The position numbers were made by a program, and so were the translations under genes. Of a stretch of DNA of 64,000 bases, positions 1 through 24,178 are shown piece after piece. The notes beneath the pieces are model-generated. The model did no database searches, was not told the origin of the DNA, and saw only the letters and a list, made by a program, of their open reading frames with translations. This stretch comes from the human T2T-CHM13v2.0 reference genome, Homo sapiens: NCBI RefSeq assembly GCF_009914755.1, contig NC_060939.1. One strand, written 5' to 3'. Numbering within the stretch: position 1 is the first letter of the stretch; every line of letters starts with the position of its first letter.

Positions 1-96
1 GAAAATTTTGCTACAGGTACCACAAGAAAAAAGCTCCTTTTCCATCCGATATATTGTGCATGGGCCAGGCCTTTTGGCTTCTGCGCTATGCTTAGG

Positions 97-429
<333 letters not shown>

Positions 430-799
430 TAGAACAGTGTCAAATATTTCATGGGCACTTTGAACAAAAGTATACCAACAGTACTTTTAAAGATATTGGA
501 CAAAGATTTGTAATACTATCCCATCAATTACACTTCTCCAGTGAAAGGAAATAATAGGAAAAAAGGTACTTTTGGTTCTTAATATAATCACAACGAAAAG
601 GTGAGCACCAAAATCAAATGACATAAAGGGTGAAAGTAGAGGGAGAGGGCTTTAAACCTTGAATTTACCCATTACGATTCTCTGATTAAAATAAAAATCA
701 GGACTTCCACAATTTCTAAGTTGTAGAATAACATTAATTAGTTGCCTCTGAATTAATCATAGACTGGAGGTAAGAGCCCAAGACGCTGATATTTGGAGT

Positions 800-1101
800 T
801 TTTTGTTTTGTTTTGTTTTCTTAAATAGACAGGGCCCCTCTCTGTCCCCCAGGCTATAGTGCAGTGGCACAATCATAACTCACTGTAGCCTCAACCTCCT
901 GGGCTCAGCAATCCTCCCACGTCAGCCTCCCATCTAACTGAAACTACAGGTGTGCCACCACAACTAAATTTTTATGTTTTTTAGAGACAAGGTCTCACTA
1001 TACTGCCCAGGCTGGTCTCAAACTCCAGGTCTCAAGCAATCCTCCTGCCTCAGCCTCCCAAAGCACTGGGATTACAGGTGTAACTGCTACCATGCCTGGC
1101 C
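800..1101 (-). mobile_element. AluJ
   Basis: Antisense dimeric Alu. Confidence 0.85.
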
Positions 1102-2184
1102 TAAATAACATGATTTTTATCTGCAATCTCATTTACGGCCTCGGACTTTTCTTGATCTCATCACCTAGCGAAAAAGGGCAGGAACTACTAAGTTATTTGC
1201 CCAGAAAGATAAATAATCAAGAAGACAATATAACACTAAAGTCTGACATTGAAAATCTACTGATGAAAAACGCTTCATTTTGGTTACAGAATTGTAAGAG
1301 TACAAAAAAGCTAAAGAATTTAATGATTAGGTTTATTCTACAAATGAGAAAGTTTAAGTATAGAAATGCCTCATTTATCTGGCACAATCGAAAAATGAGA
1401 AAAAATTCTTTAAGCATTTAATTTTTCATGTTACTATTTTCAGTAGAAATCACTCGTGTAGAAATAATCTCAAACAGTTTAACACTGTCTTAAGTGAGAA
1501 TCATCTTGAGTACTTACTAATGTACAGTTATAAAACAATGACATTTTGCCTCTCTCCAACACCCCCAGAAGATTTTCATTTTTTAAGCTTTTTTATGACT
1601 TCTATAGTTGTTCTGTTCTTTCAACACTACTAGTAGATGTAACTTTCTATTGGGTTAAGTGTGCCACTGATGCCCCCCAACATGCATTTTCAATTTGATG
1701 CAGCAAGAGAAATTTGTTAGAATTGTGAATAAAGCAAATAGATTCTGAGGAAGAAGGGCCTTGGGAGGATTTTCCTACAGATGACTCTGTCACATTATTT
1801 TTGGCTAAGATCATCTTTACTGTTTCCTTTTAGACTTTTCCTGTTTTCTTATAAAACACAGCAAAGTTACTATTAATTTCTTACTTGGAAAATCAGAAAA
1901 TTACAGAAGTCGTTAAAACTTTTGAAAACTCTAACAGTTTAGAGGTACTGAGTCAAAATTTCACCCCTTTCAGAAGCCAGATATTTCATAATTCACTATT
2001 AAACATACATGTAAAGATAGGTCCAAACATTACTTCATTTCTCAAAGACCATTACCCTTCATATGAATTCAACCTCCTCTGGATTTATAACCTTTTCTGA
2101 AATATTTGCTTACACTTCAAAATGAGTATCTTTGTGTAGAAAAAAAAAAATGGAAGAAAAGGGTTCTGTTAAGGTCCAACTTAC

Positions 2185-2303
2185 CATAAATATGTCCAGT
2201 GTAAATATGAGAGGTATCATAATCAAGTACTTTATTTGATGTTTCTACTTTAAATTCATCACTGAAAAGGGAAGTGTCCCTCTTCATTCGTAGGTTGAAA
2301 TGT
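2185..2303 (-). CDS. ADAM10: ADAM10 coding exon 3 (119 bp; prodomain)
   Basis: Translates to (R)[39 protein letters not shown](G). Acceptor cccattttacag|ACATT and donor TTTATG|gtaagt; frame-compatible with exon 2 (AG|A = Arg). Confidence 0.97.
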
Positions 2304-3534
2304 CTGTAAAATGGGATGGGAAGGGGGAACAACTGAAATTAAAAAGATCCAAATTTTAAACAATTATTTTTTATTTTAAAAAGTCTACAAAATGTGGACT
2401 GTTATGAAATTTGTCTATTTGTGAAATACGCTGACCAAGATTTTTAAAGACATATTCTGCTCTAAAAGTCAACTTAGTAGCTGTGGTAGGACTCTAAATG
2501 AGATAAAATTAAACAGTAACTGTCTAGGATGTTAAAAATAAATGCCTATAGACTGATTCTTACATGGTAAAACAAGATATTCAAACAGCAAATAAGTTAC
2601 TTGGAGATTAAAACAGGCTTCCTGACCCAATTACTATTATCTACCACTGCCTGTCTTCTCTCTCTAGTAATTCTGCTATTTTGCTATTCTCCCTTACTTT
2701 CTACAAGTTAAATAAGAAAATACAGAAGAAAGCAGCATCTATATGGGGTATTTAACATCTCTTCTCAGAAAGACAAGTGTGTATGCTCTTTGTTTTACCC
2801 TGGGGCTTCTAATTCTTGCAAATTATAGAAATCTTCCTTAATTCAATTTGGGAATGCCGAAAGACCAGGATAATGGCTGAAATCAGAGGAATTTTAGTCC
2901 TCTACACAAAAAAGGGAAAGATCAAAATACTAAAGTAAAATTAATTAAAGATATGACAAAAATCTAGAGTTTAGAATCGAATTGGAATCAAATCTTAAGC
3001 CTAGAATTTACTAGCTCAGGTTCCTGTCTGTGAAATAAAGGTAATATAAATTCTATACACCTTGTAAAATTACTTTAAATATTAGAGATTTTATAACGTA
3101 TATAAAGTCATAACAGTACCTGGCACATTGGAGATATATGATAAAATGGCAACAAATTAGCTAACATTACTCAACTCTGTTAAAAGTATATCAAGTCTTT
3201 TATAATTGTGAACATAATAGAATTTCTACTTAATTTTTTTGACAATTACAACAAAGTATTACGTCTTTTTTTTTACATATACATGTTTTGCAGAGTACTA
3301 TAAGAACCTTGTTTTTTAAATTACTTAATAAAAATTTGTAACATAAAGTTGTATGGGGAAACATACAGTCACTTCACACATTTGTGACATGAATAAGTTG
3401 GTACAATCTCTATGGTGGGAAAACTGGTTTAAAAAATCCAAATTACAAATGTACATAGCCTTTGATACAAGAATTCCATTTCTAGAAATGTATCTTACAT
3501 ATACTTGCATGTAAGTGAAATTACTTCCATACTA

Positions 3535-4225
<691 letters not shown>

Positions 4226-4965
4226 TATTTGACCTTTGTCCCCAGTTCCTGGCACAGTGCTCCTAAAACCCTTGGAATATCCTCAGTGATAGGTGTCTCT
4301 TCACTCATTCATAATGAGTCTGTTTCACTCACATCTGAGTTTATGCTAATGAGGTGACTTAGAGTGGGGCCCCTAGATGACCTTGGAATAGAGCTGGTCA
4401 CCAGAAAGATCAAATAATAAGAGCAATGGAATTTCAGCCCTAGCCACTGACTCCACCCCAGAAAGTGAGGTGGGAGAGACAGGAGATTAAGCTCTATAGA
4501 AACTCTTGAACAATGAGATCTGATCAGCTTCCAGGGTTGAACACACTGAGTTGATTGGAGGGTAGTGAACCCAGAGAGCGCACAGAAACTCTGTGCTGCC
4601 TCCCACATTCCTACGCATCTCTTCCACTTAGGTGATCATGAGTTGTATCCTTTATAATAAACCAGCAAGAGTAAGTAAACTGTTTTCCTGAGTTCTGTCA
4701 GCCAGGTTAACAAATTATCTAACCTTAGGAGGAGGTTGAGGGAACCCCCAATTTATAGCAGGTGGTCCGAAGTACAGGTGGCGCAGGACTTACAAATGGT
4801 GTCTGAAGTGGAAAGCAGTGTTGTAGGAATGGGCCCTTAAGCTGTGGGGTCTGCACTAGCTCCAGATATTTACTGTGAGAACTGAATTACGCTGAATTGT
4901 TGAACACCCACTTGGTGTCTGGAGAATCAAGAGAATTGGTTGCTGGTGTTGGAAAATAGCCCAGA
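4226..4965 (+). mobile_element. MER21-family solo LTR
   Basis: cccagttcctggcacagtgctcctaaaacccttggaat...gagtttatgctaatgaggtgac...tttataataaacc...gtaagtaaactgttttcctgagttctg resembles the MER21 consensus as I recall it. Confidence 0.7.
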
Positions 4966-5168
4966 AAGATTATTCACCTTAGCACTATTTGAAATAGTAC
5001 ATGATTAGTAACAACAGAACTAGTTAATTTGCTTATGGTACATAATCGTATTTATGGGTATACCCATATAACTGTATACTACAAAGCTGAAAAAAATATA
5101 TAAAATATTTACATGTAATCAAATCATAGACCTCTAAGTTATATTAAGTAAAAAAAAAAAAAAAAAAA

Positions 5169-5480
5169 GACCAAGTGCAGTGGCTCACGCCTGTAATCCC
5201 AGCATTTGGGGAGGCCGACGCAGGCAGATCATGAGGTCAGGAGATCGAGACCATCCTGGCTAACACAGTGAAACCCCATCTCTACTAAAAATACAAAAAA
5301 TTAGCCGGGCGTGGTGACGGGTGCCTGTAGTCCCAGCTACTTGGGAGGCTAAGGCAGGAGAATGGCGTGAACCCGGGGGAGGCAGAGCTTGCAGTGAGCC
5401 GAGATCACGCCACTGCACTGCAGCCTAGGTGACAGAACAACACTCCATCTCCAATAAATAAATAAATAAATAAATAAGAT
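5169..5480 (+). mobile_element. AluY-like
   Basis: Diagnostic ccatcctggctaacac and gaatggcgtgaacccgg; (TAAA)n tail. Confidence 0.85.
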
Positions 5481-5532
5481 ACAAAAAAGAATATAGTACG
5501 TTACCTTTTTTTAAAAACAAGAATATGAAGGA

Positions 5533-5534
<2 letters not shown>

Positions 5535-5590
<56 letters not shown>
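5535..5590. repeat. (TA)n microsatellite
   Basis: About 22 uninterrupted AT units. Confidence 0.95.
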
Positions 5591-5592
<2 letters not shown>

Positions 5593-6378
5593 CTCCACAT
5601 TTCTGTGTAGAGAATTTCTGAGTAAGATACACATTATAAGAATGTGCATCAAATTTCTTGACAGATACACAATAAACTAGTAACAATGGTTGTCCCCAAG
5701 AATGGAAAGTGGGTGACTGGGAAATAAGGGAGGGAAGGATACCTCATTGTATATCTTTTGTGGCATTTAAATTTTAAAACATACGAGCATATTTCTTATT
5801 CAAAAAATAAAATGTAAGTTAAAATAACATCTTAAGACACAAAACAAAAACTACTGCTCTTTGGACAGATGAATCAATTTTGACTTTCAAATTACTAACT
5901 TAGAAATAAACAAAAAGTTTTGTTGCCACAATGGTGGAGAAACCATTACTGGACTTGCCTACCCACCTCAAAAATACAGTTTTTCAGTTACATAAATGAA
6001 ACAACTGCTTTCAGACAATAGACAACAAGCAGTGAAGGACTATGATTTAAGAAAAAAGGAAGGTGCAACAATGAGAAAGAACTCCAGAAATCTGCACAGG
6101 CGTTCACCTGTAGTCTGTGGCTCAATACTATCGTGGATGCATAAAGAGAGACTCCACAAAGGTGGGCCCAAAAACAACTATTAAGGAGCTGTTAGTTGAC
6201 CAATTACTGGATCTTACAAGAGACAGGGATACATCGAAGTTGTGATCAAGCACAGAAGACAGACTTTGTTGTCATTTAATAGAGAACCCAGAAAAGCCAC
6301 TCCTTGGAAATAGGAACAAACTATTCCTAGAATAAAGGCTACTTCAAACCTATCCTAATAAAGCTTAAAAACAAGGCT

Positions 6379-7588
6379 GGGCCCTCGGAGCCCAGCGCCG
6401 CCACCATGTCCTCTGGGGCTAGCGCGAGCGCCCTGCAGTGCCTGGTGGAGCAGCTCAAGTTGGAGGCTGGCGTGGAGAGGATCAATGTCTCTCAGGCAGC
6501 CGCAGAGCTTCAACAGTACTGTATGCAGAATGCCTGCAAGGATGCCCTGCTGGTGGGTGTTCTAGCTGGAAGTAACCCCTTCTGGGAACCCAGATCCTGT
6601 GCTTTACTCTGAAGACTCTAAGAGAGAAGTTTGCTGAGGAATGCCTTCAAGCACAAAGTGATGAATGACTGCCTTCAAGTCTCAAGAAAACACTTTTCCC
6701 TAACTTTTAGAGATATTTCAGCCCTTTCCTGTGGCCCCGTCCTATAGCCAAAATCACAGAAATTCATGAGTTTCTACTTGAGTGAGGAAACTGGGTGAAG
6801 GAATAGAGTTTTAAATAGTAATAGCTTGTTTTTTTGTGCAAGTACTTTTATACATAAGATAAACAAAAACCTTACCACCAAACATACCAAAATGCACCTC
6901 TTTCATAAGTGAGTTACTAAGATTTCTATACCTGGAATATCATGTATGTTTCATTTACTGGATGTTTACATTTTAGGAAGGAAAATAGTTTTGTTTATTT
7001 AAACAATCGAATACTTGTAAACTGTTGTTCCTGGAAGATATTTATACCATAAAAAATTTGTTCTTTTCTCATGAATTTACAATTCCTAAATGAAGACCAG
7101 AAAGTACAAATTGCTGGGAGGAAGAATAGGCTTTACTAATCAACTGATGTCTTGATTTTTCTAAATGGGAAGATTGTTTTATTTTTAACACTAATTATGG
7201 GAGCAGATTCTTAGCAAACTTGTTTGGAAAAGTTAATGTTATGATGTGCATTAGGCTGCCCCATCGTGTATATAAATGAAGCAGATTTGGTCTTTGTATT
7301 CTTACGTTCCTCTACTTTGTAGCTGTGGCTGTACTTAAAGAAATACAGAATTTCATATATTTAAAAATGTTTAAAATGTGACCCACAGAACATTGTAAAT
7401 GATTAAAAACTAACATAAAAACATTACAACCTAAAAGAATTCTTAACTTCACAAGGGTTTTACTTTGATGATGTGAATCTGATTTAATTTGGGACACTTT
7501 TTTAGAAGGATACATTATTTGTGTTTGTAACAGTCTTTGAAGAGCTTGGAAATAAAATTTCTGCTTAATTAATCATAAAAAAAAAAAA
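6379..7588 (+). pseudogene. Full-length processed GNG10 (G protein gamma 10) retrocopy with intact 68-aa ORF at 6406-6612
   Basis: Intronless [25 protein letters not shown]...RSCALL with Kozak gccgccaccATG, ~1 kb 3'UTR, AATAAA 7551-7556 and A-tail 7577-7588. TSD aaaaacaaggct (6367-6378) / aaaaaaaaggct (7581-7592) at a tt/aaaa L1-endonuclease site. Confidence 0.93.
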
Positions 7589-8761
7589 GGCTCAAAAGGG
7601 TCAAGCTGATCCACAAGTTACTCAACTATCTAACAAACAAAACTCCATACTTTTTAAAAAAAAAATACGAACAGTTAAACTGTGGTATATCCATACAATA
7701 GGATAGAATTTAGTAATAAAAAGGAACAAACTATTGATAAACACAACAATTTGTACAAACTTCAAAAAAATTATGCTGAGTGGAAAAGTCAATCTCAAAG
7801 ATACTACTTGCATAATACGATTCATGCGACAATCATGAAATAATCTAATTATGGAGATGGAGAACCAATTAATGGTTGTTTAGGATTATAGATGGGGGAG
7901 GGGATGAATGTGGCCATAAAGGGATAGCACAAGGGAGTCTGGTGATGCTACCATTGAGTATCTTTGATTGTAGGGATAATTACACAAGACTACCCATGTG
8001 ACAAAATTGCACAGAATTATGCACAGGCACACACACATGCACGTACATGTAAAACTGATGAAACCCAAATAAACTCTATGCATTGTACCAATATCAATCT
8101 TGGTTTTGATGTTGTAATATAGTTATATAAATTGTGAACACTGAGGGAGACTGGGGGAAAGATGTCCAGGACTTCCCAGTAGAAGCTCCTGTGACTCTAC
8201 AATTATTTTTAAATTAAAAGTTTTTTAAAAATCCAGACACAGGTGGGCACAGTGGCTCACACCTGTAGTCCCAGTATTTTGGGAGGGCAAGGTGGGAAGA
8301 TTGCTTGAGCCCAGGAGTTTTCAATCAGCCTGGGCAATGTAGCAAGACTCCATCTCTAATTTTAAAAAAAACAAACAACGACAAAAAGACACTAAATATT
8401 AATCAAAATGTGAAATATCCAATTAAAAACCACAAACTATTAAAAAAAACAAGGGGTAAAAAAACCAAACCACTAACTATAAAGAAATGTGACAAAGAAG
8501 AAGAAAATTAGTCCCCCCCAAAAAAAGTGAGAATGAATGATAACGGAATTAGCAGACAAGGATTTAGTGATTTAGTGTCTATATATTGTAAATATGTTAA
8601 AGAATTATGGGGAAAATATAAGCACAATAAGGAGAAACCAAAAACTGTCGAAAGAGGGGAGGGAAGGGGAGGGACAGGGAAGAGAGGAGAGAGGGAAAGG
8701 AATGAGAGGGGAGGAAACTTCCAGAATTGGAAAATATAATTTCTAAAATGAAAAAAAAAAT

Positions 8762-8792
8762 TATATATATATATATATATATCTCTCTCTCT
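8762..8792. repeat. (TA)n(TC)n compound microsatellite
   Basis: Direct observation. Confidence 0.9.
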
Positions 8793-9198
8793 CACTGGAC
8801 TGACTTAAGAGCAGATGAGATACTGCAAGAAAGAATATCAGCGAACTTGAAGACAGGGTAACAAAAACTATCTAACTTGATGTACAGAGAGATAAAGAGT
8901 TTAAAAAAAAAAAACCCAGAGCCTCAGTAACCTATCAAACAGTAAATAAATAAAGAAGCGAGAGGAGACAGAAAAAAAAATTTGATAAAATGATAAAAAA
9001 CTTCCAAACTGATAAAACTATAAACACAAGTCTAAGTAACTCAACAAACACCAAGAAAGATACACACAAAGAAAAACCCACAAAACACACCACAGTCACT
9101 GCTGAAAATCAGCGTTAAAGAGAAAATCTTAAAATCCATCAAAGAGACTGATTATATGCAGAGTGACTGCTGATTTAACATTAGAAATAATGCAAGCA

Positions 9199-9516
<318 letters not shown>

Positions 9517-10459
9517 TTATTGGAGTAACTTTTTTAATGCTGAAAGAAAAACAATGTCAATCCAAATTCTACAGCCAATAAAAAAGATCATTAAAAAATA
9601 CATTGTCAATGAAGAATAAAAAAGAAAACATCATTCCAGTACTGCAGACATTGAGTGATAAAGTAATATTATGAGCATAATGAAAATAAATTCAATTACT
9701 TAGATAAAATAAACTCCTTAAAAGGTACAAATTATGAAAACTATCACAAAATATAGAAAATCTGAATAAGCCCCTATCTACTGAAGAAAATGAATTCATG
9801 ATTTAAGGCCTTTCCACAAGAAAAATACCAGGGCCAGATGGTTCCCCTGATGTCCTATAAAACTATTTTAAGAAAACAGGAGGGAAGAGTACTCAACTCA
9901 TTTTATGTGGCTCACTCTGATTCCAAAACCAAAGACAGACCCCCCCCAAAAAAAAAAAAAAAAGACTGATATTCCTTATGAACATAAACAAAAAAATCCA
10001 ACCAAAAACTAGAAAACTGAACAAAGCAATAAATAAAAAGGACAATACATCATAAGCAAATGAAGTAATAAGAGGCTGGCTTAACATTCTAAAATCATCA
10101 ATGTAATTCACCGCATTCAAAGGGGAGAAAAGCCACAAAATCATCTCATTAGGTACAGAAAAAGCATCTAACAAATTTCAGCACCTACTCATGATAAAAT
10201 TCTCAGCAAACTAGGAAGAGACAGGAACTTCCTTAACCCGATAAAATGCAACTACAAACTCCAGTTAACATCATACTTAAAGATGAAAGACTGAATGCTT
10301 CTCTCCTAAGATTGGGAAGAAGGTAAAGATATTCACACTTGCCACTTTTATGCAACTCTGTAACATTAAGTATGATGTTACAGATACCACAACAAGCCAA
10401 GAAAAATAATCCTCTTTTAGTTGCTAATCCCCAGAAATGGTAATCTTTTGTGTTGTTTT

Positions 10460-13289
<2,830 letters not shown>

Positions 13290-13364
13290 AATTCTTTATA
13301 CTAAAATTTCATTCTTCAATTTACTGTATGGATTCTGCCTCGTAAATGGACCTTGCTTAGCACA

Positions 13365-15032
13365 TGTACCATAAAGCTACAGTAACCAAACAGTGGCATA
13401 AAAATATAGACAGATCAATGAAATGAAAGACCTAAGAATATATAAATAGGTCTCAACATATATAGATCATGGCAATTCAAAGAATTGATAGGTTTTTCAA
13501 AAAGTGATGCTAAAAAATTTATATCCATGTGAAAAATATTACCCTTGACCCTTACCTCTATCATAAAGAAAAATTAAATTGAATTGCAATACAGACTTAC
13601 ATGTAAAACTGTAACTGGAAACATCTAGAAGAAAACTGTCATGGCCTTGGTAGTCAATGCTACCTTAAGAAACAAAAGCAAAAATCATAAAAGAAAAAAA
13701 TTTTTTCATTAAAAGGGCTTCTTAAAAATTCAAAACTTCCGCTGAGAAATAGCTTTAAAAAAAAAAAAAAAGGCAAGCCACAGTCTGGGAGAAAACATTT
13801 GCAATACATATGGTCTGACAAAGAACTTATATTCGGAATATCTTTTTAAAAACCTCTTACAAATCAATAATAAGACAACCATTGAAAGACAAACAACAAT
13901 GTGAAAAAATACTTCACAAAGAAGATACACAGGTGGCAAACAAGCATATGGAAACCTACATAACATCATTAGTCAACAAAGAAATGTAAATCAGAACTAG
14001 AATAATATATTATCACATACCCTTTGCTAGAATAACATCTCCAAATATTAGTAGGGTGTTGAGTACCTGGAACTCACACACTGCTGATGGGAATGGAAAA
14101 TGACAACATCACTTTGGAAAACTGTTTAGCACTTTCTTACAAAGTCAAACATATAAAAACCAGGCCAGGCACAGTGGCTCATGCCTATAATCCCAGCACT
14201 CTGGGAGGCCGAGACAGGCAGATCACTGAAGGTGAGGAGTTCAAGACCAGCCTGGCCAGCATGTTTGAAACCCCGTCTGTACTAAACATACAACAATTAG
14301 CCAGGTGTGGTGGCAGGTGCCTGTAATCTCAGTGATTTGGGAGGCTGAGGCAAGAGAATTGCTTGAACCCAGGAGGAGGAGGTTGCAGTGAGCCGAGATC
14401 ACGACACTGCACTCCAGCCTGGGAAACAGAACAACACTCCCTTTCAAAACAAAAACAAAAACAAACAAGGCCAGGCGAGTTGGCTAGTGCCTGTAATCCC
14501 AGTACTTTGGGAGGCTGAGGGAAACCCCATCTAAAACAAACAAACAAACAAAAAAAGCTTATGACCCAGCAATTCTACTCAAGAAAAAAGAAAACATAAA
14601 GCATATATCCACACAAATAACTGAACACAAATGTTAGCAGCAGCTTTATTTATAATAGCCAAAAACTGAACATAACCTAAATGTCTATCAACAAGTAAAG
14701 AGAAAGATGTATTCATATAATGGCAAACTACTCAGAAATTAAAAAAAAAAAAAAGCCAACTATTGAAAACACGCACTTTTGTTAAGACACAAAAGAATGC
14801 AGAGTCTAATTCCATTGATATGTAATTCTGGAACAGTCAAAATCTATCTAGTAGTGACAGGAAGCAAATCAGTAGTTGCCTAGGGTGGAGACTAAGAGTA
14901 AAAAGTAATGAGGGAATTTTGTGATACGACAGAAACATTCTTTATCTTGATTTCAATGGCAGTTGCCTAAGTATATACATTTGCCAAAATGCACCTCTAA
15001 CTATATACCTAACATGAATATATTTTATGTAA
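13365..15032 (+). mobile_element. L1M ORF2 3' part and 3'UTR (probable continuation of the 5930-10356 element)
   Basis: Motifs aaagctacagtaaccaaa, gagaaaacatttgcaatacat, gacccagcaattctactc, ctttatcttgat typical of old L1 3' regions. Confidence 0.7.
14163..14556 (+). mobile_element. AluS plus an adjacent internally deleted Alu fragment
   Basis: Full Alu to ~14468, then a short Alu piece. Confidence 0.85.
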
Positions 15033-15699
15033 GTAGGGGTCAGTAGCATACATTTACTAGCTTGAAAACTGTGTACATTTTTAAACATTGTCTATTTTCT
15101 CTTTTCCTTCATTTCACGTCAGTCTTGGCACCCTTTTAGTTTGAGGCTGTACTCACATTCCTCTTGCCAAATAACTCCCAGGGCTTCCCAGGTACAAGAA
15201 CTCCAGGCTTTCTACTTAAAGCCTTAAGGACCCAAGCTACTGCTGTTAAGTAATCAACAAAGCCCAACACATCTTCTAAATGAGAACTCCACAAACTTAA
15301 AAATAGACTCTCCTGAACAAACAAGTATCCTGCCTCAACTTTTGCTGCCTATCATGTATTTTCATAAAATTACTTTTGCAAACTGATAGGAAATTCTAGG
15401 CCATATATGTGACTGTAAATACATAAATTATGTTTATAAAGGTACACACTATTTTGAAAAATCATTATCATATTTACACATTTACAGTTACTATAAAAAC
15501 ACTATCTCAAAACAGCATCGTCATTAAAATTTATTATTCAGCAAAATTGCACCCTGAAACCCCTGTTAAATGAAAGCACTAGTATTCTATATGGTAAAAA
15601 AAAATTGAGGGCAAAAGCTACAAAAAGATATTTAAGTTTTAATATAAGACCTGGCCAACAGAGCAAGACTCTGTCTAAAAAAAAAAGAACGAACATTCT

Positions 15700-16305
<606 letters not shown>

Positions 16306-16444
16306 CATTGTATGCTATACACCCTACCCAAAGAAATATTTATGTATCTATTAAGGTGTCTAAGTACAAGCTAGATAAACAACTTAGAAGGAAAACAGAA
16401 GTTAAGAACACTTGAAGTAGGCCCCTTACAGCCTTGATACTGAT

Positions 16445-16761
16445 TTCTTTTTTTCTTTCTTTTTTTTTTTTTTTTTTCCAAGATGAGTCTCACTCTCTCT
16501 CGCCCAGACTAGAGTGCAATGCAGCGATCTCGGCTCACCGCAACCTCCGCCTCCCAGGTTCAAGTGATTCTTCCGCCTCAGCCTCCTGAGCAGCTGGGAT
16601 TACAGGCATCTGCCATCATGACCAGCTAATTTTTGTACTTTTGTACAGATGCGGTTTCACCATGTTAGCCAGGCTAGTCTCGAACTCCTGACCTCAGGTG
16701 ATCCACCCACTTCAGCCTGGGAAAGTGCTGGGATTACATGTGTGAGCCACCGCACCTGGCC
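16445..16761 (-). mobile_element. AluSx
   Basis: Antisense dimeric Alu. Confidence 0.9.
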
Positions 16762-16799
16762 AATATCGATTTCATAATAAGAAAATCATCTCATACTGA

Positions 16800-22610
<5,811 letters not shown>

Positions 22611-23611
22611 ATAATGTCTAAGATACAAAACATTCCCAGTATTGATTTAAATTGGATTAAAACCACATATAAAATCAGTTCTCAAGTATATATGCAGTCA
22701 AGTAGCAGTGCAGATAATTTAAAAATCAAATTTAAATCACATATCAAAATTCACTGCTTCTATTAACATCAAAATTAACTTGTATCTAAAACATACATGA
22801 ACAGAAGAAGGAATGAGGGAGAGCCCAGAAGGCAGGTAAATAGTAGAAAGAAGCCAGAACAAATTAAAGATTGTCACAATCCATAAAATAGTAAAACCAC
22901 AAATGAATAATCAGGAATTTGACATAATTTATTCCGTTAACCAAGCGACTGGATTATAGCTTTCTAATTTTAATTCTACTACAATCTGTTTGACAGTCCA
23001 CATCTTTATGCTATTTTAGCATTTTATAAAATGTAAATCTTTGCAATATTCCTGTTGGATAACATGTCATGAAATAATAATAAAAAGTAGCTGACAGGAA
23101 CAACCCAACCACATACTACCTTTTTAGTTTTTTAACAAGCCCTCAATAAAAAGCTATCTGAAAACAACCAGATTCTTTAATTGTTTAGACTTCGACTCAA
23201 CAGTCAGAAAAACTGCAGTATATATTGCCTTATAATGATCACTGTATTCCAGGAAAACAATTTGGTATTCCCTCAAAAAAAAAAAAAAAAAAAACACACA
23301 GAAATACCATATGATCCAACAATTCCACTTGTAGGTATATACCCAAAGAAACTGAAAGCAGGAACTCAGATAGTTGCACATCAATGTTCATAGCAACACA
23401 GCAGACAAAAAATGAAAACAACCCAAATGTTCACAAACAGATGAATAGGTTTTTTTAAAGTATGTATGTATACATACAATAGAATATTGTTCAGCCCTAA
23501 AAAGCAACCAAACTCTGATTTTTGCTACAACATGGATGAACCCTGAAAACATCATGATAAGTTAAATAAGTCAGACATAAGTCAGTGAAATAACTCAGAC
23601 ATTATGGTGAG

Positions 23612-24178
23612 TGACATGGTTTGGCTCTGTGTCCCCACCCAAATCTCATGTTGAACTGCAATTCCCAGTATTGGGGGAAGAGTTGGTGGGAAGTGATTGG
23701 ATCATGGGGGCAGATTTCCCCCTTGCTGTTCTTCTGATAGCGAGTGAGTTCTCACGAGATTGTCCCTGCTTCCCCTTCTCCTTCTGCTATGACTGTACAT
23801 TTCCTGAGGCCTCCCCAGCCAAGCCTCCTGTACAGCCTGCAGAACCATGAGGCAACTAAACTTCTTTTCTTTATAAATTACCCAGTCTCAGGTAGTTCTT
23901 GATAGCTTGTTTGGAGGTTCTAGCAGGGGAGCACAGCTACCCATATACCCTTGACCAAAGACCAGTCCTCCTCTATCGAGGATGGTCGTCCTCTTCGACC
24001 AAGCATGCAGCTTCAGGAGGGATGCACATGGAGCAGTGAGGGAGGAAGGGGACACCCATCTAGCCAGCCAGATCAGTCGAATGAACGCTGGAGATTAATG
24101 GGGTGACAAATGTTGCAGCCAGATTGCCCTCACATCCTCAGGTAGTTCTTTCTAGCAATGTGAGAATGGACTAATACA
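23612..24178 (+). mobile_element. MST (ERVL-MaLR) solo LTR containing the 7SK insertion
   Basis: Starts tgacatggtttggctctgtgtccccacccaaatctc and ends gaatggactaataca; 5-bp TSD gtgag/gtaag. Confidence 0.85.
23901..24137 (-). pseudogene. 7SK (RN7SK) pseudogene, nt ~1-240, 3'-truncated, no poly(A) tail
   Basis: Reverse complement reads GGATGTGAGGGCAATCTGGCTGC...CTAGAACCTCCAAACAAGCT, the 7SK 5' portion. Perfect 13-bp TSD tcaggtagttctt at 23888-23900 and 24138-24150. Confidence 0.95.

Noticed and set aside
23901-24137. 7SK copy as a functional HEXIM/P-TEFb sponge
   Set aside because: Two of three 5'-hairpin GAUC motifs are mutated, the 3' LARP7-binding hairpin is absent, and the external Pol III promoter was not copied.
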